Of a DNA stretch of 64,000 nt, positions 33,350 through 42,437 are shown in pieces. The stretch's first letter is position 1; each line of letters begins with the position of its first letter. Source of the stretch: Lysobacterales bacterium (GTDB taxonomy: Bacteria > Pseudomonadota > Gammaproteobacteria > Xanthomonadales > Xanthomonadaceae); contig JBBQAN010000001.1 in NCBI GenBank assembly GCA_038316385.1, positions 11,381 to 75,380 on the forward strand. Direction: 5' to 3'. The position numbers were made by a program, and so were the translations under genes. The notes under the pieces are model-generated. The model was not told the DNA's origin. It made no database searches and was given only the letters and a program-made list of their open reading frames with translations.

Positions 33350-33753
33350 GTGGAACGCTCCAGTTCAAGCAATGCGCCGAGTGGATGGTGCTCGACTGCG
33401 ACGGTCGCGATGAATGCGTACACCGTCAGCGCCGCGAGCAAGCAGACCAATCGTATGCGCGGTGTGCGCCCGCGCTTGAGCGCGAACGTGCCGAGCGCAA
33501 TGTAAACGACGAGCAGGCAGACCTTCACCGTCAGCCACGATTGAACGAACGGGTATTGATGCAGGATCATTACCAGCATCACCGCCGCCGCGAGCAATGC
33601 AGTATCGACGGTGTAACTCAGGTAACGCAGCGGCGGCATCATCGCCCAGCGCGCGCCTGCCAGCACTGCGATCCCGCGCAGCAGGAACAGCACGCCGCTC
33701 GCGATCACTGCGGCGATATGCACCCATTTGATCTGAAGGTAGTACTCGGCCAT
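33346..33753 (-). CDS. SirB2-like small membrane protein
   Basis: 135 aa with four TM helices. [23 protein letters not shown] resembles the SirB family. Starts 2 bp after the nnrS stop. Confidence 0.65.
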   Translation of the reverse strand: MAEYYLQIKWVHIAAVIASGVLFLLRGIAVLAGARWAMMPPLRYLSYTVDTALLAAAVMLVMILHQYPFVQSWLTVKVCLLVVYIALGTFALKRGRTPRIRLVCLLAALTVYAFIATVAVEHHPLGALLELERST

Positions 33754-33755
33754 CG

Positions 33756-35024
33756 CTAGCCCGGCTTGCCATCGCGACGCGGGCTGAGATAGATCCACGC
33801 CGAGCGCAGCACCCAAGGCATGAACGCCAGCAGCCAACCGACCGCTGCGACCGCGTCCCACGCGATCGCATCGGGCATTACTTCGGCGACCACCCGCAGG
33901 ATCACCACGACTTGCAGCAAGATGAAGGTGCAACCGGGGACGAAGCCGAGTTCCATCGGTCGCCCGGCATGGCCCTAGGTCACTCGCGTCACCATCGCGA
34001 CCAGCAGGCTGCCGAAGTAACCGATGAACAAGGCATGCGCCGGCGCTCGGCCGAGCGCGTACACGTCGGTCGTCGCGAACCACAAACTCTGTCCGGAATA
34101 CAGCAGCATCGCGATCGGCAACCACGCGAATGCAACGAACAACACCCGCAGGATCGCCGGAGCCGGGCCGCGAACCCGCCCCTTCCACAGCAGCATGATG
34201 GCCAACGCCGCCAGCGGCAGATCGGCGATCCACAGCCAGGCGTACTCATGCAACAGTTCCGTTGCGAGATGCGCGAGCACCAGCACCCAGAACACGCCGA
34301 GCACCCACAGTGGCTTCCACACCTTGTAGCCCTTCACTACCACCGAGGCAAAGAACGGAATCATCCGATGGCAAACGGTGAAGAAGATCGGCAGCAACAG
34401 ACCGAAGCTACCGAACTTGATGGCGACGAACATCAGCAGTGGATCGGGATGATGCAGGTACACCGCGAACGCGATCAGCCCGGTCAACCCCATCAGCAAG
34501 GCGAACGCGCAACTCACCGCATGCCAGGTGCGGCCAGATTCACGCCACAACAATCCCACCAGCAGGAACAAACCATACGACCAGCCGAGGATCGTCAGCA
34601 CGATGCCGATGTGCAACGCATGGTCGTGGCCCAACAGGCCGACTAAAGTCAGCAACTGGCCGCCGAACAAGCCCAGCCCAACCGGCACGTAATGGCGTTT
34701 GGTCAACGATGGCAAACCCATCCAGCGCGGAAAGACCGTCAACAGGAAGCCGAACATGAAAGGTGGCAGCACCTGATACTGCATCACGATCGCATGCATC
34801 CAGCCCGCGTAAACCACCGGCTGCGGCATCGCGAACAGATTCCAGCGCATGTTCACCAACCACAGCGCCCACCACGCCATCGCCAGCAGGATGTTGGTCG
34901 CGCCGATGCAGAACAATAGCCGGTGCGGCGCGGCGGCCAGCAAGCGCAAGGCCGGTAGCGACCATGCGCTATCAGGTGTTGATGCGGACATGGATGGTTC
35001 TCGCAGCAAGTCTGGCGGATGCAA
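33756..35024 (-). pseudogene. nnrS: NnrS family haem-copper membrane protein interrupted by an in-frame TAG (33975-33977)
   Basis: ORFs 33975-35024 and 33756-33956 are in the same frame. The junction reads LVAMVTRVT-TAG-GHAGRPM, which falls inside the conserved NnrS block. The tail PWVLR...YLSPRRDGKPG is a typical NnrS C-terminus. The likely start is ATG 34991 or 35024. Confidence 0.8.
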
Positions 35025-35074
35025 ACGCGTTACCGCCTGATAGCGTATTAGGACATGCCGGGCGTTGTATGCAC

Positions 35075-35088
35075 TTGATCCGAGTCAA
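35075..35088. promoter_or_regulatory. FNR-type box TTGATCCGAGTCAA upstream of nnrS
   Basis: The centre lies 57.5 bp upstream of ATG 35024 and 90.5 bp upstream of ATG 34991. Confidence 0.6.
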
Positions 35089-35347
35089 CCGCGCAGCAAA
35101 TTTGGCACGGGCCAGCAGTGCATTCCAACGACTCGGCCGGCTCGCAAAATTTTCACGGAATCAGCAAAACTATTGGGGTTGGCGCGCGCTTGCACGAATT
35201 CCTGATGACCGACGTTACTCTATGGCCATCGTGACCGTGCATCTTGTCGATCGAGGAGTTGGGAAGCAGGCTCTGACTTTACTGATCGAGATTCAAATTT
35301 TTAAGCAGCGCGGCTTGACGGCAATCAGATAAGGAAAGCAACAAGCC

Positions 35348-36793
35348 ATGAATCAACTCAACGTGCTGCGTGCTGCCATTGGCGAACATCACGTGTTGAC
35401 GGACGCGGATGCGGCTCCGTATTTGACGGATTGGCGCGGGCGATACACTGGCCGAGCTCTAGCGGTAGTGCGCCCCGGATCGACCGACGAGGTTGCTGCT
35501 GTGGTGCGCGTGTGCGCCGCGTCAGGTGTGCCGGTCGTGCCACAGGGCGGCAATACCGGCCTATGTGGTGGTGCGACGCCTGACGATTCGGGACGCGCCG
35601 TGGTGCTTTGCCTGCAACGGCTGAATCGCATTCGAGGGATAGATCTGGACAATGACACGATGGTTGTAGAGGCCGGCTGCGTGTTGCAGACGGCGCAGGA
35701 AGCCGCGCGCGACTCAGCGCGTTTATTCCCACTCAGTCTGGCGGCCGAGGGCAGTTGCACGATCGGTGGCAACCTCGCCACCAATGCAGGCGGCACCCAG
35801 GTGCTTCGCTATGGCAGCATGCGTGAACTCACCTTGGGCCTCGAAGTCGTCACCGCGCAGGGCGAGATCTGGCATGGCCTGCGCGGGCTGCGCAAAGACA
35901 ACACCGGTTACGACCTGCGCGACCTGTTCATCGGCAGCGAAGGCACGCTCGGGATCATCACCGCCGCCACGCTCAAACTGTTTCCGCTGCCAGTCGCGCG
36001 CTGCACCGCACTGCTGGCGTTGGCGTCGATTGCGGACGCGATTGCGATGCTGGCACGTGCACGCCACGGATTCGGCGCCTCGCTCACCGGTTTCGAACTG
36101 ATGGCCGGCGATTGCCTCGCCGACGTGGTGCGCTGTTTTCCCCAGCAACGGCTGCCGTTCGACGGCGATTCGGCAGCGCTGCCGTGGTATGCGTTGCTGG
36201 AATTGTCCGACAGCGAAAGCGAGGCGCACGCGCAGGAACGTTTCGAGACTGTATTGGGCGAGGCGATCGAATCGGGTTGTGTCAAGGATGCAGTGATCGC
36301 CCGATCAATGGCGCAGAGCAAAGCATTGTGGCACTTGCGTGAAAGCATCCCGTTGGCGGAGAAGGAATCGGGCAAGAGCATCAAGCACGACGTGTCAATT
36401 CCGATGTCGCGCATGGCAGCCTTTGTCGCCGACACCAACCGCGCACTGCAGCAGGCGTTTCCGGGAATCCGCAACGTCGTCTTCGGCCATCTCGGCGACG
36501 GCAACCTGCATTACAACGTGGCGCGTGGCGAGAGCTTGAGCGAGGACGATTTGCTGGCGAAACAGGATGCGGTTTACGCGCTGGTGCACGATGCCGTTCA
36601 CGCCGTAGGCGGATCGATCAGCGCCGAGCATGGCGTGGGCCAACTCAAACGCGATGCGCTGGTGCGTTACAAGGACCCGGTCGAGCTGGCGCTGATGCAT
36701 TCCATCAAGCGGGCGCTGGACCCGCAGGGCATCATGAATCCGGGCAAGGTGCTGACGACGGGTGCAGATCCTCCAACTTTTTCGATCACGTAA
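35348..36793 (+). CDS. FAD-binding oxidoreductase (GlcD / D-2-hydroxyacid dehydrogenase family)
   Basis: 481 aa. FAD_binding_4-type N-domain (VVPQGGNTGLCGGA) and C-terminal GGSISAEHGVG block. Confidence 0.85.
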   Translation: MNQLNVLRAAIGEHHVLTDADAAPYLTDWRGRYTGRALAVVRPGSTDEVAAVVRVCAASGVPVVPQGGNTGLCGGATPDDSGRAVVLCLQRLNRIRGIDLDNDTMVVEAGCVLQTAQEAARDSARLFPLSLAAEGSCTIGGNLATNAGGTQVLRYGSMRELTLGLEVVTAQGEIWHGLRGLRKDNTGYDLRDLFIGSEGTLGIITAATLKLFPLPVARCTALLALASIADAIAMLARARHGFGASLTGFELMAGDCLADVVRCFPQQRLPFDGDSAALPWYALLELSDSESEAHAQERFETVLGEAIESGCVKDAVIARSMAQSKALWHLRESIPLAEKESGKSIKHDVSIPMSRMAAFVADTNRALQQAFPGIRNVVFGHLGDGNLHYNVARGESLSEDDLLAKQDAVYALVHDAVHAVGGSISAEHGVGQLKRDALVRYKDPVELALMHSIKRALDPQGIMNPGKVLTTGADPPTFSIT

Positions 36794-37043
36794 ACATCGC
36801 AATTCTGCTCGATAATCGAATGTTGATCTAGTGCCAGATCGCCGGATTTCTCAACGGCTTACGTCGGAGTAGAGGCTCTGTGGGTCGTCGTCCAATGTCC
36901 TCAAAATTGTCTAAACCAGAATCGCGGACTGACCACCATAAACGAGCTTTCCCATCATAACGTCGCCAGCAGGTATTCGCCACGCCGATGCATGCATAAC
37001 AGCAGCCGAGGCGGCCGCAGCGTCTCGTTACCGTGATCAAATG

Positions 37044-37811
37044 TCAGGCACGCAGAACGGATTTCGCCAGCGCTTGCAGACGTACCGGATCGCGAATCTC
37101 CAGCTCACGCCGGTCCACTTGCACGAGGCCATCATCCTGGAACCGCCGCAACACGCGGCTGACGGTCTCGGCGGCAAGCCGCAGATAGTTGGCGATGTCG
37201 GTGCGGCCCATGGTCAGGTGGAATCGCGTCGGCGAAAAGCCGCGCGCGGCATGGCGGCGCGATAGCGACACCAGGAACGCAGCCATGCGCTCGTCGGCGC
37301 TGTAGTCGCCAGCCAGCAGCGCGGCCTTGCCGATGTCCTGCGACAGCAGCCGGAACAATTGCTGCTGCAGGCCAGGCATGCGCGTGGCCAGCAACGCCAG
37401 TTGCGGGAACGAGAAGCGGCACAGCATCACGGTGTCGAGCGCAACGGCGTTGCATGGGTAGCGTCCGTTCGAGATCGCGCTCAAGCCGATCAGTTCGCCC
37501 GGCAGATGGAAACCAAGCACCTGCTCGTGGCCCGCCGCATCGACGACATAGGTTTTCACCGTGCCTGCGCGCACAGCTGCGATCGCGGTGAACGGATCGC
37601 CTTCGCGGAACACATGCTGGCCCTCGCCGAACGGGCCGATATGTTCGACCAGCACATGCAGATCCGCGAGTGCCGATTTGTCGTAGCCCTGTGAAAGACA
37701 AGCTGATGAGAATGCGCAGGTACTGCAGAAGTGCAGTGCATCCCCGTCGTCGGCGATCGGCGATGCGCGCTGAGTGTTGTCGCTCATGCGATCCGGCCGG
37801 GGAATGGACAC
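37044..37811 (-). CDS. fnr: FNR/ANR oxygen-sensing Crp/Fnr family regulator
   Basis: N-terminal Cys cluster FCSTCAFSSAC plus the internal Cys in VMLCRFSF. DNA-recognition helix ETVSRVLRRF (E--SR). Collinear with E. coli FNR from memory. Alternative start at 37787. Confidence 0.9.
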   Translation of the reverse strand: MSIPRPDRMSDNTQRASPIADDGDALHFCSTCAFSSACLSQGYDKSALADLHVLVEHIGPFGEGQHVFREGDPFTAIAAVRAGTVKTYVVDAAGHEQVLGFHLPGELIGLSAISNGRYPCNAVALDTVMLCRFSFPQLALLATRMPGLQQQLFRLLSQDIGKAALLAGDYSADERMAAFLVSLSRRHAARGFSPTRFHLTMGRTDIANYLRLAAETVSRVLRRFQDDGLVQVDRRELEIRDPVRLQALAKSVLRA

Positions 37812-37824
37812 GCGGTGTGCCCGG

Positions 37825-39219
37825 TTAGATCACTTTCGAGAAATGCACGGGTTCCGACGAGGATTGTTGCAAGTAGCGATCGAAGCATGCCGCAATGATA
37901 CGCAGCAGCAGGCGGCCGCGCGACGTAGCGCGAACCTCGCTCGCGCCGGTTTCAACCAGCCCATCGGCGATCAGAGGCGCAAGACACTCGATCGACGTTC
38001 TGAAATAGCTGCCGAACTCGATGCCATGCCGCGTTTCGATCGCCGCGATGTCGATCGCTCCGCGACACATCAGTTGCTGAATCGCATCGGCGCGCACCAC
38101 ATCGTCGGCGTCCAGCACCATGCCCCGCCAGACCGGCAGCCGGCCTGCATCGATCGCCGTTTCCCAAGCAGGAAGATCACGCGGATTCTGGCTGTAGGTA
38201 TCGCCGATGTGACTGATCGCACTGACGCCGAGGCCGACCAGATCCGATTCGGCGTGCGTCGTGTAACCCATGAAGTTGCGATGCAGGCTGCCGTTCTGCT
38301 GCGCCTGCGCGAGGTCGTCGTCGGGGAGCGCGAAATGGTCCATGCCGATATACCGGTAACCTGCCGTCGATAGCTTTTCGATGGCGAGTTGCAACAGGCC
38401 GAGCTTGTCCTCGGGACTGGGCAGCAGGGCTTCGTCGATCTGCCGCTGCGCGCGGAACATCTTCGGCAGGTGGGCGTAACTGTAGATGGCGAGTCGGTTG
38501 GGACGCGTCTTGGTGACAATGTCGAGCGTGCGGCCAAAACCCTCGCGATTTTGGCCCGGTAGCCCGTAGATCAGATCGATGTTGACCGACCGGAAGCCGT
38601 GCTTGCGGCAGGCATCGATCACCGCGAGAGTTTCCTCCACCGACTGCACGCGGTTGACTGCTTCCTGCACCGCCGGATCGAAGTCCTGCACGCCGACGCT
38701 CGCCCGATTGAAGCCCATGCCCGCGAGCGCGGCGATGTCATCGGCACCGACGCAACGTGGATCGAGCTCGATCGAGAAGTCGCGCTGCGGCGAGGAACTG
38801 AAGTGGAAGTGCCGACCGAGGCTGTCGATCAATTCCCCAAGCTGGCCAGCACTTAAAAAATTCGGTGTGCCGCCACCAAGATGCAACTGGATGACGTCGC
38901 GGTCGCGGTCGAACAACGGCGCGACCATCCCGATTTCGCGCACAAGCCGCGTGAGATACGTCGCGGCGCGCGCGTGATCACGGGTGAAGATGCGGTTGCA
39001 GCCGCAGTAGAAGCACGGGCTGAAGCAGAACGGGATGTGCGCGTAAAGCGAGAGCCAACGCGGGATCGGATCAGCATTGCTGCGCCGCGCGGTATCGCGG
39101 AACGCCTGTTCTCCAAAGGTGTCGCCAAACTGCGGTGCAGTGGGGTATGAGGTATAGCGTGGGCCGGGCTTGTCATTGCGGCGCAGGAAATCAGCGTCGA
39201 ACGGAGGGATCGAGGACAT
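37825..39219 (-). CDS. hemN: oxygen-independent coproporphyrinogen III oxidase (radical SAM)
   Basis: GPRYTSYPTAPQF. Radical-SAM CFSPCFYCGC. ~464 aa from ATG 39219 (MSSIPPFDADFLRR). An in-frame ATG at 39249 is disfavoured because the FNR box would abut it. Confidence 0.9.
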   Translation of the reverse strand: MSSIPPFDADFLRRNDKPGPRYTSYPTAPQFGDTFGEQAFRDTARRSNADPIPRWLSLYAHIPFCFSPCFYCGCNRIFTRDHARAATYLTRLVREIGMVAPLFDRDRDVIQLHLGGGTPNFLSAGQLGELIDSLGRHFHFSSSPQRDFSIELDPRCVGADDIAALAGMGFNRASVGVQDFDPAVQEAVNRVQSVEETLAVIDACRKHGFRSVNIDLIYGLPGQNREGFGRTLDIVTKTRPNRLAIYSYAHLPKMFRAQRQIDEALLPSPEDKLGLLQLAIEKLSTAGYRYIGMDHFALPDDDLAQAQQNGSLHRNFMGYTTHAESDLVGLGVSAISHIGDTYSQNPRDLPAWETAIDAGRLPVWRGMVLDADDVVRADAIQQLMCRGAIDIAAIETRHGIEFGSYFRTSIECLAPLIADGLVETGASEVRATSRGRLLLRIIAACFDRYLQQSSSEPVHFSKVI

Positions 39220-39253
39220 GCCCGAAGCGTATGCAGGAAGCTCCGACATCGCC

Positions 39254-39267
39254 TTGACGGGGATCAA
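39254..39267. promoter_or_regulatory. FNR box TTGACGGGGATCAA upstream of hemN
   Basis: The centre lies exactly 41.5 bp upstream of the A of ATG 39219. Confidence 0.6.
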
Positions 39268-39362
39268 GCATGGCTCGTTCGTACTGGAGGCGGCGACACG
39301 ATCGATACGGAATGTGCGGACACGATTTTGGCGGACACGCGAACGTCTTTGAGGGGAGCTGC

Positions 39363-39953
39363 TCAGGAGGTTCCGCGATGCTTGCCGATCCAGGGCCGGT
39401 AATACTCGCGCACCCGCGCCATATCGGCCTTCAGGTCGGCGGTCATGTGCATCACCGGGCCGATGCCGATGGTGCGGGTCGGATAATGGAAGTACGCGCA
39501 TATCACCGGCACGCCGGCGTCGCGCGCAACGTGCCAGAACCCGGTTTTCCAGCGCTCCACGCGCTTGCGTGTGCCCTCGGGTGCGAGCACGAACCACATC
39601 ATGTCGGATTGCTCGAAACGCTCGACGACCGAATCGACCACGCCATGCGCCTTGGCGCGATCGACAGGGACCGCGCCGAATCGTCGCAGCAGCCAGCCCA
39701 GAGGTCCACGAAACAATTCCTGTTTGCCGATGACGACGATGCGAATCCCCATCGCGACTTTCGCCGCCAGACCCCAGACCGCATCCCAGGCCGACGAATG
39801 CGGCGCGGCGAGGATCACCAGTTTGCGTTCGTCCGGGAAGTTGCCTTCCATCGTCCAGCCGCCAAGCCGCAGCACCGTGCGACCCAACCAGCGCGAAAAC
39901 GTGTTGCCGGTGCGCGGCATCCACGTCGGTATGGATGCAAGACGAAACCTCAC
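39363..39953 (-). CDS. PlsC-like lysophospholipid acyltransferase family protein
   Basis: HSSAWD (HXXXXD) and APEGTR motifs. Confidence 0.8.
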   Translation of the reverse strand: MRFRLASIPTWMPRTGNTFSRWLGRTVLRLGGWTMEGNFPDERKLVILAAPHSSAWDAVWGLAAKVAMGIRIVVIGKQELFRGPLGWLLRRFGAVPVDRAKAHGVVDSVVERFEQSDMMWFVLAPEGTRKRVERWKTGFWHVARDAGVPVICAYFHYPTRTIGIGPVMHMTADLKADMARVREYYRPWIGKHRGTS

Positions 39954-40378
39954 GCGTCCGAGTCCGCGCCGCGTCCGCCGCGACCACGCTTGATTTGCGC
40001 GCGCTGCTTCTTGCCGTCGAGGCGACGCAATTTCGACGCGCGCGTCGGTTTGGTCGCCACACGCTTCTTCGGCACATGCGTCGCAGCGAGAACCAACGCC
40101 GCCAATCGATCACGCGCGTCGGCGCGGTTCCGCTCCTGGGTGCGGAACCGTTGCGCGCTGATCACCAGCACGCCTTCCGCAGTCAACCGGCGATCGCGCC
40201 GAGCTAGCATTCGCGCACGCAGATCGTCGGGCAGCGATGGCGAATTCACCACGTCGAAACGCAATTCGACCGCCGTCGAAACCTTGTTGACGTTCTGCCC
40301 GCCCGGCCCGGCCGAGCGCACGAAGCGCTCGACGAGTTCGTCGTCGGCAATGGCGATGTCAGCGGTAATGGCAAGCAT
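39950..40378 (-). CDS. arfB: alternative ribosome-rescue factor ArfB (YaeJ), peptidyl-tRNA hydrolase
   Basis: GPGGQNVNKVSTAV GGQ motif and a basic C-terminal tail. Start at ATG 40378. Confidence 0.85.
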   Translation of the reverse strand: MLAITADIAIADDELVERFVRSAGPGGQNVNKVSTAVELRFDVVNSPSLPDDLRARMLARRDRRLTAEGVLVISAQRFRTQERNRADARDRLAALVLAATHVPKKRVATKPTRASKLRRLDGKKQRAQIKRGRGGRGADSDA

Positions 40379-40516
40379 GCAGGAAAGACCGGAAGTGCGC
40401 GGCGATGGTAACCCAAGCTGTTGCGCGCGGATGTGTAGGCGGCGCGTTGGCAGGTTAAGCTGCCGCGTCATTGGCAGACCGCGCGCTACCATCACTTCCT
40501 CTCGCAAGGCTCGACG

Positions 40517-41224
40517 ATGCATCCCTCCGCATTGATCAACGGCAAGCTGTTTTTTGACACCTATGCTGCGCAAGCGGGCGCAACCGTGGTGGACATTGGC
40601 GCGCAGAACGTCAATGGCTCGCTCAAGGATGTCATGCCCACGCATTTGCGTTATATCGGCGTGGATTTCGTGGCGGGCAAGGGCGTGGATGTGATTCTCG
40701 ACGATCCCTACAAGCTTCCGTTCGAGGATGAGTCGGTCGATATCGTGGTCAGCAATTCCTGCCTCGAACATTCGGAAATGTTCTGGCTGGCCTTTCTGGA
40801 ACTGCTGCGCGTGTTGCGCCCGAACGGGCTGCTTTATCTCAACGTGCCATCGAACGGCGACTTTCACCGCTTTCCGGTGGATTGCTGGCGCTTCTATCCC
40901 GACAGCGGCGGGGCCTTGGTCACCTGGGCGCGCCGCAATGGCTTGCAACCGCAATTGCTGGAATCGTTCGTCAGCGCGCAATTCATGGATCCGTGGAATG
41001 ATTTTGTTGCGGTGTTCGTGAAGGACGAACAATTCGCCACAGCGCATCCGAAGCGGATGATTTCGACGGCCAAGAACATTCACAATGTCATCGTCGCCGG
41101 GCAACCGGAAATGATCAATCCGCAACAGCGCACGCAAGACCAGACCAACCTGATCTATCGATTCAAACGCTGGCGCTGGCGCCGTTACCGCAAGGCGATG
41201 GCGCGCAATCGCACACCCGACTGA
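40517..41224 (+). CDS. class I SAM-dependent methyltransferase
   Basis: VVDIGAQ motif I, DIVVSNSCLEH, LRPNGLLYL. Confidence 0.75.
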   Translation: MHPSALINGKLFFDTYAAQAGATVVDIGAQNVNGSLKDVMPTHLRYIGVDFVAGKGVDVILDDPYKLPFEDESVDIVVSNSCLEHSEMFWLAFLELLRVLRPNGLLYLNVPSNGDFHRFPVDCWRFYPDSGGALVTWARRNGLQPQLLESFVSAQFMDPWNDFVAVFVKDEQFATAHPKRMISTAKNIHNVIVAGQPEMINPQQRTQDQTNLIYRFKRWRWRRYRKAMARNRTPD

Positions 41225-41247
41225 CCACCCACAACCGAGAACCTCCG

Positions 41248-41646
41248 ATGCACATACCCAATCTGGTCGATATCGACACTCTGCTTGCCGTCCTCGTGTT
41301 TTTCGGCTGCGGCTTCGCGGTCGGGCGCGGGCGCGGCAAATACAAGATTCAGGCGCCCGCAACATCGGGCCATCCCGATTTCGAACGGCTGTTTCGTGTG
41401 CAGATGAATACGCTTGAATCGCTGGTGATGTTCCTGCCCTCGCTGTGGATCGCTGCTCGCCACGCCGATAGCGTGCTTGTAGGAGGCATCGGGCTGGTCT
41501 GGGTTGCGGGCCGAGTCTGGTACGCAGTCGCCTATGCCAGCGCAGCCAACAAGCGCGGAGCGGGATTCGGGCTCGGAATGCTGAGCATCGTGGCGCTGTG
41601 GCTGGTCGCGGCGTGGGACATCGTGGTCATGATGATGGCTGGTTAG
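41248..41646 (+). CDS. MAPEG family membrane protein
   Basis: 132 aa with 3-4 TM helices. FERLFRVQMNTLESLVMFLP and RVWYAVAY are typical of MAPEG. Confidence 0.7.
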   Translation: MHIPNLVDIDTLLAVLVFFGCGFAVGRGRGKYKIQAPATSGHPDFERLFRVQMNTLESLVMFLPSLWIAARHADSVLVGGIGLVWVAGRVWYAVAYASAANKRGAGFGLGMLSIVALWLVAAWDIVVMMMAG

Positions 41647-41699
41647 GTTTCAGGAATCATGTTTTAAGTTTAGGAGCCGGTATTCAGCGGGTTGCTCGC

Positions 41700-42437
41700 T
41701 TACGCAGGCAAGCTCCAACCGCATAATTCCAGCGCGCGCTCGAACTCGCGATCGAGCGGTGCAGCAACATCCATGCGTGCCGCGGTTGCCGGATGGGCAA
41801 ACCCCAGCGTGTGCGCATGCAACAGCATGCGATGCACGCCGCGCATTCGGAACGCGCGGTTGTGGCGACCATCGCCATGGCTGGAATCGCCGATCAAATG
41901 ATGCGAGACATGCTTGAGATGGCGACGAATCTGCCGCCAGCGGCCGGTTTCCGGCGTGCATTCGAGCAAGGCATAGCGCGATGTCGGAAAGTGTTCTGAC
42001 TCTTGTTGCAGTTCGACTGTCGCGAGCCTGCGATATGCAGTGACCGCACATTTTTTCACCGGCTTGCCCGGCCCGCCATCGAGCGGATGATCGATCACGC
42101 CGGCTTCATCCGGCCAGCCGCGACACACTGCGAGATAGGTTTTGCGCACGCTGCGATCCATGAACTGCGCGCCGAGCGCCGCAGCAGTCTCGCGATTGAA
42201 TGCAATCAACACACAGCCGCTGGTTGCGCGATCGAGCCGATGCACGAGCACCACATCGCGTCCGAACTGCGCGCGCAACCGATCGACCAGGAAATCGTCT
42301 TCGCCACGCGCCATCGGGCTGGCATGCGCCATCAGCCCCGCAGGCTTGGCGATGACGGCGAGCATGTCGTCGATGTACAGCACTGGCAGTGCGTCGTCGG
42401 TCGTGCAATCGCCATCGGGTTCAACGCATTGCGTCAT
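41700..42437 (-). CDS. truC: RluA-family tRNA pseudouridine synthase (TruC-like)
   Basis: Catalytic [13 protein letters not shown] overlap with the ubiB stop when started at 42437. Confidence 0.75.
   Translation of the reverse strand: MTQCVEPDGDCTTDDALPVLYIDDMLAVIAKPAGLMAHASPMARGEDDFLVDRLRAQFGRDVVLVHRLDRATSGCVLIAFNRETAAALGAQFMDRSVRKTYLAVCRGWPDEAGVIDHPLDGGPGKPVKKCAVTAYRRLATVELQQESEHFPTSRYALLECTPETGRWRQIRRHLKHVSHHLIGDSSHGDGRHNRAFRMRGVHRMLLHAHTLGFAHPATAARMDVAAPLDREFERALELCGWSLPA

Noticed and set aside
36828-37040. 70-aa TTG-initiated Cys/Arg/Trp-rich ORF in the fnr-downstream spacer.
   Set aside because: No RBS, atypical start, no recognisable family and odd composition. It is kept only as part of the low-interest spacer note.
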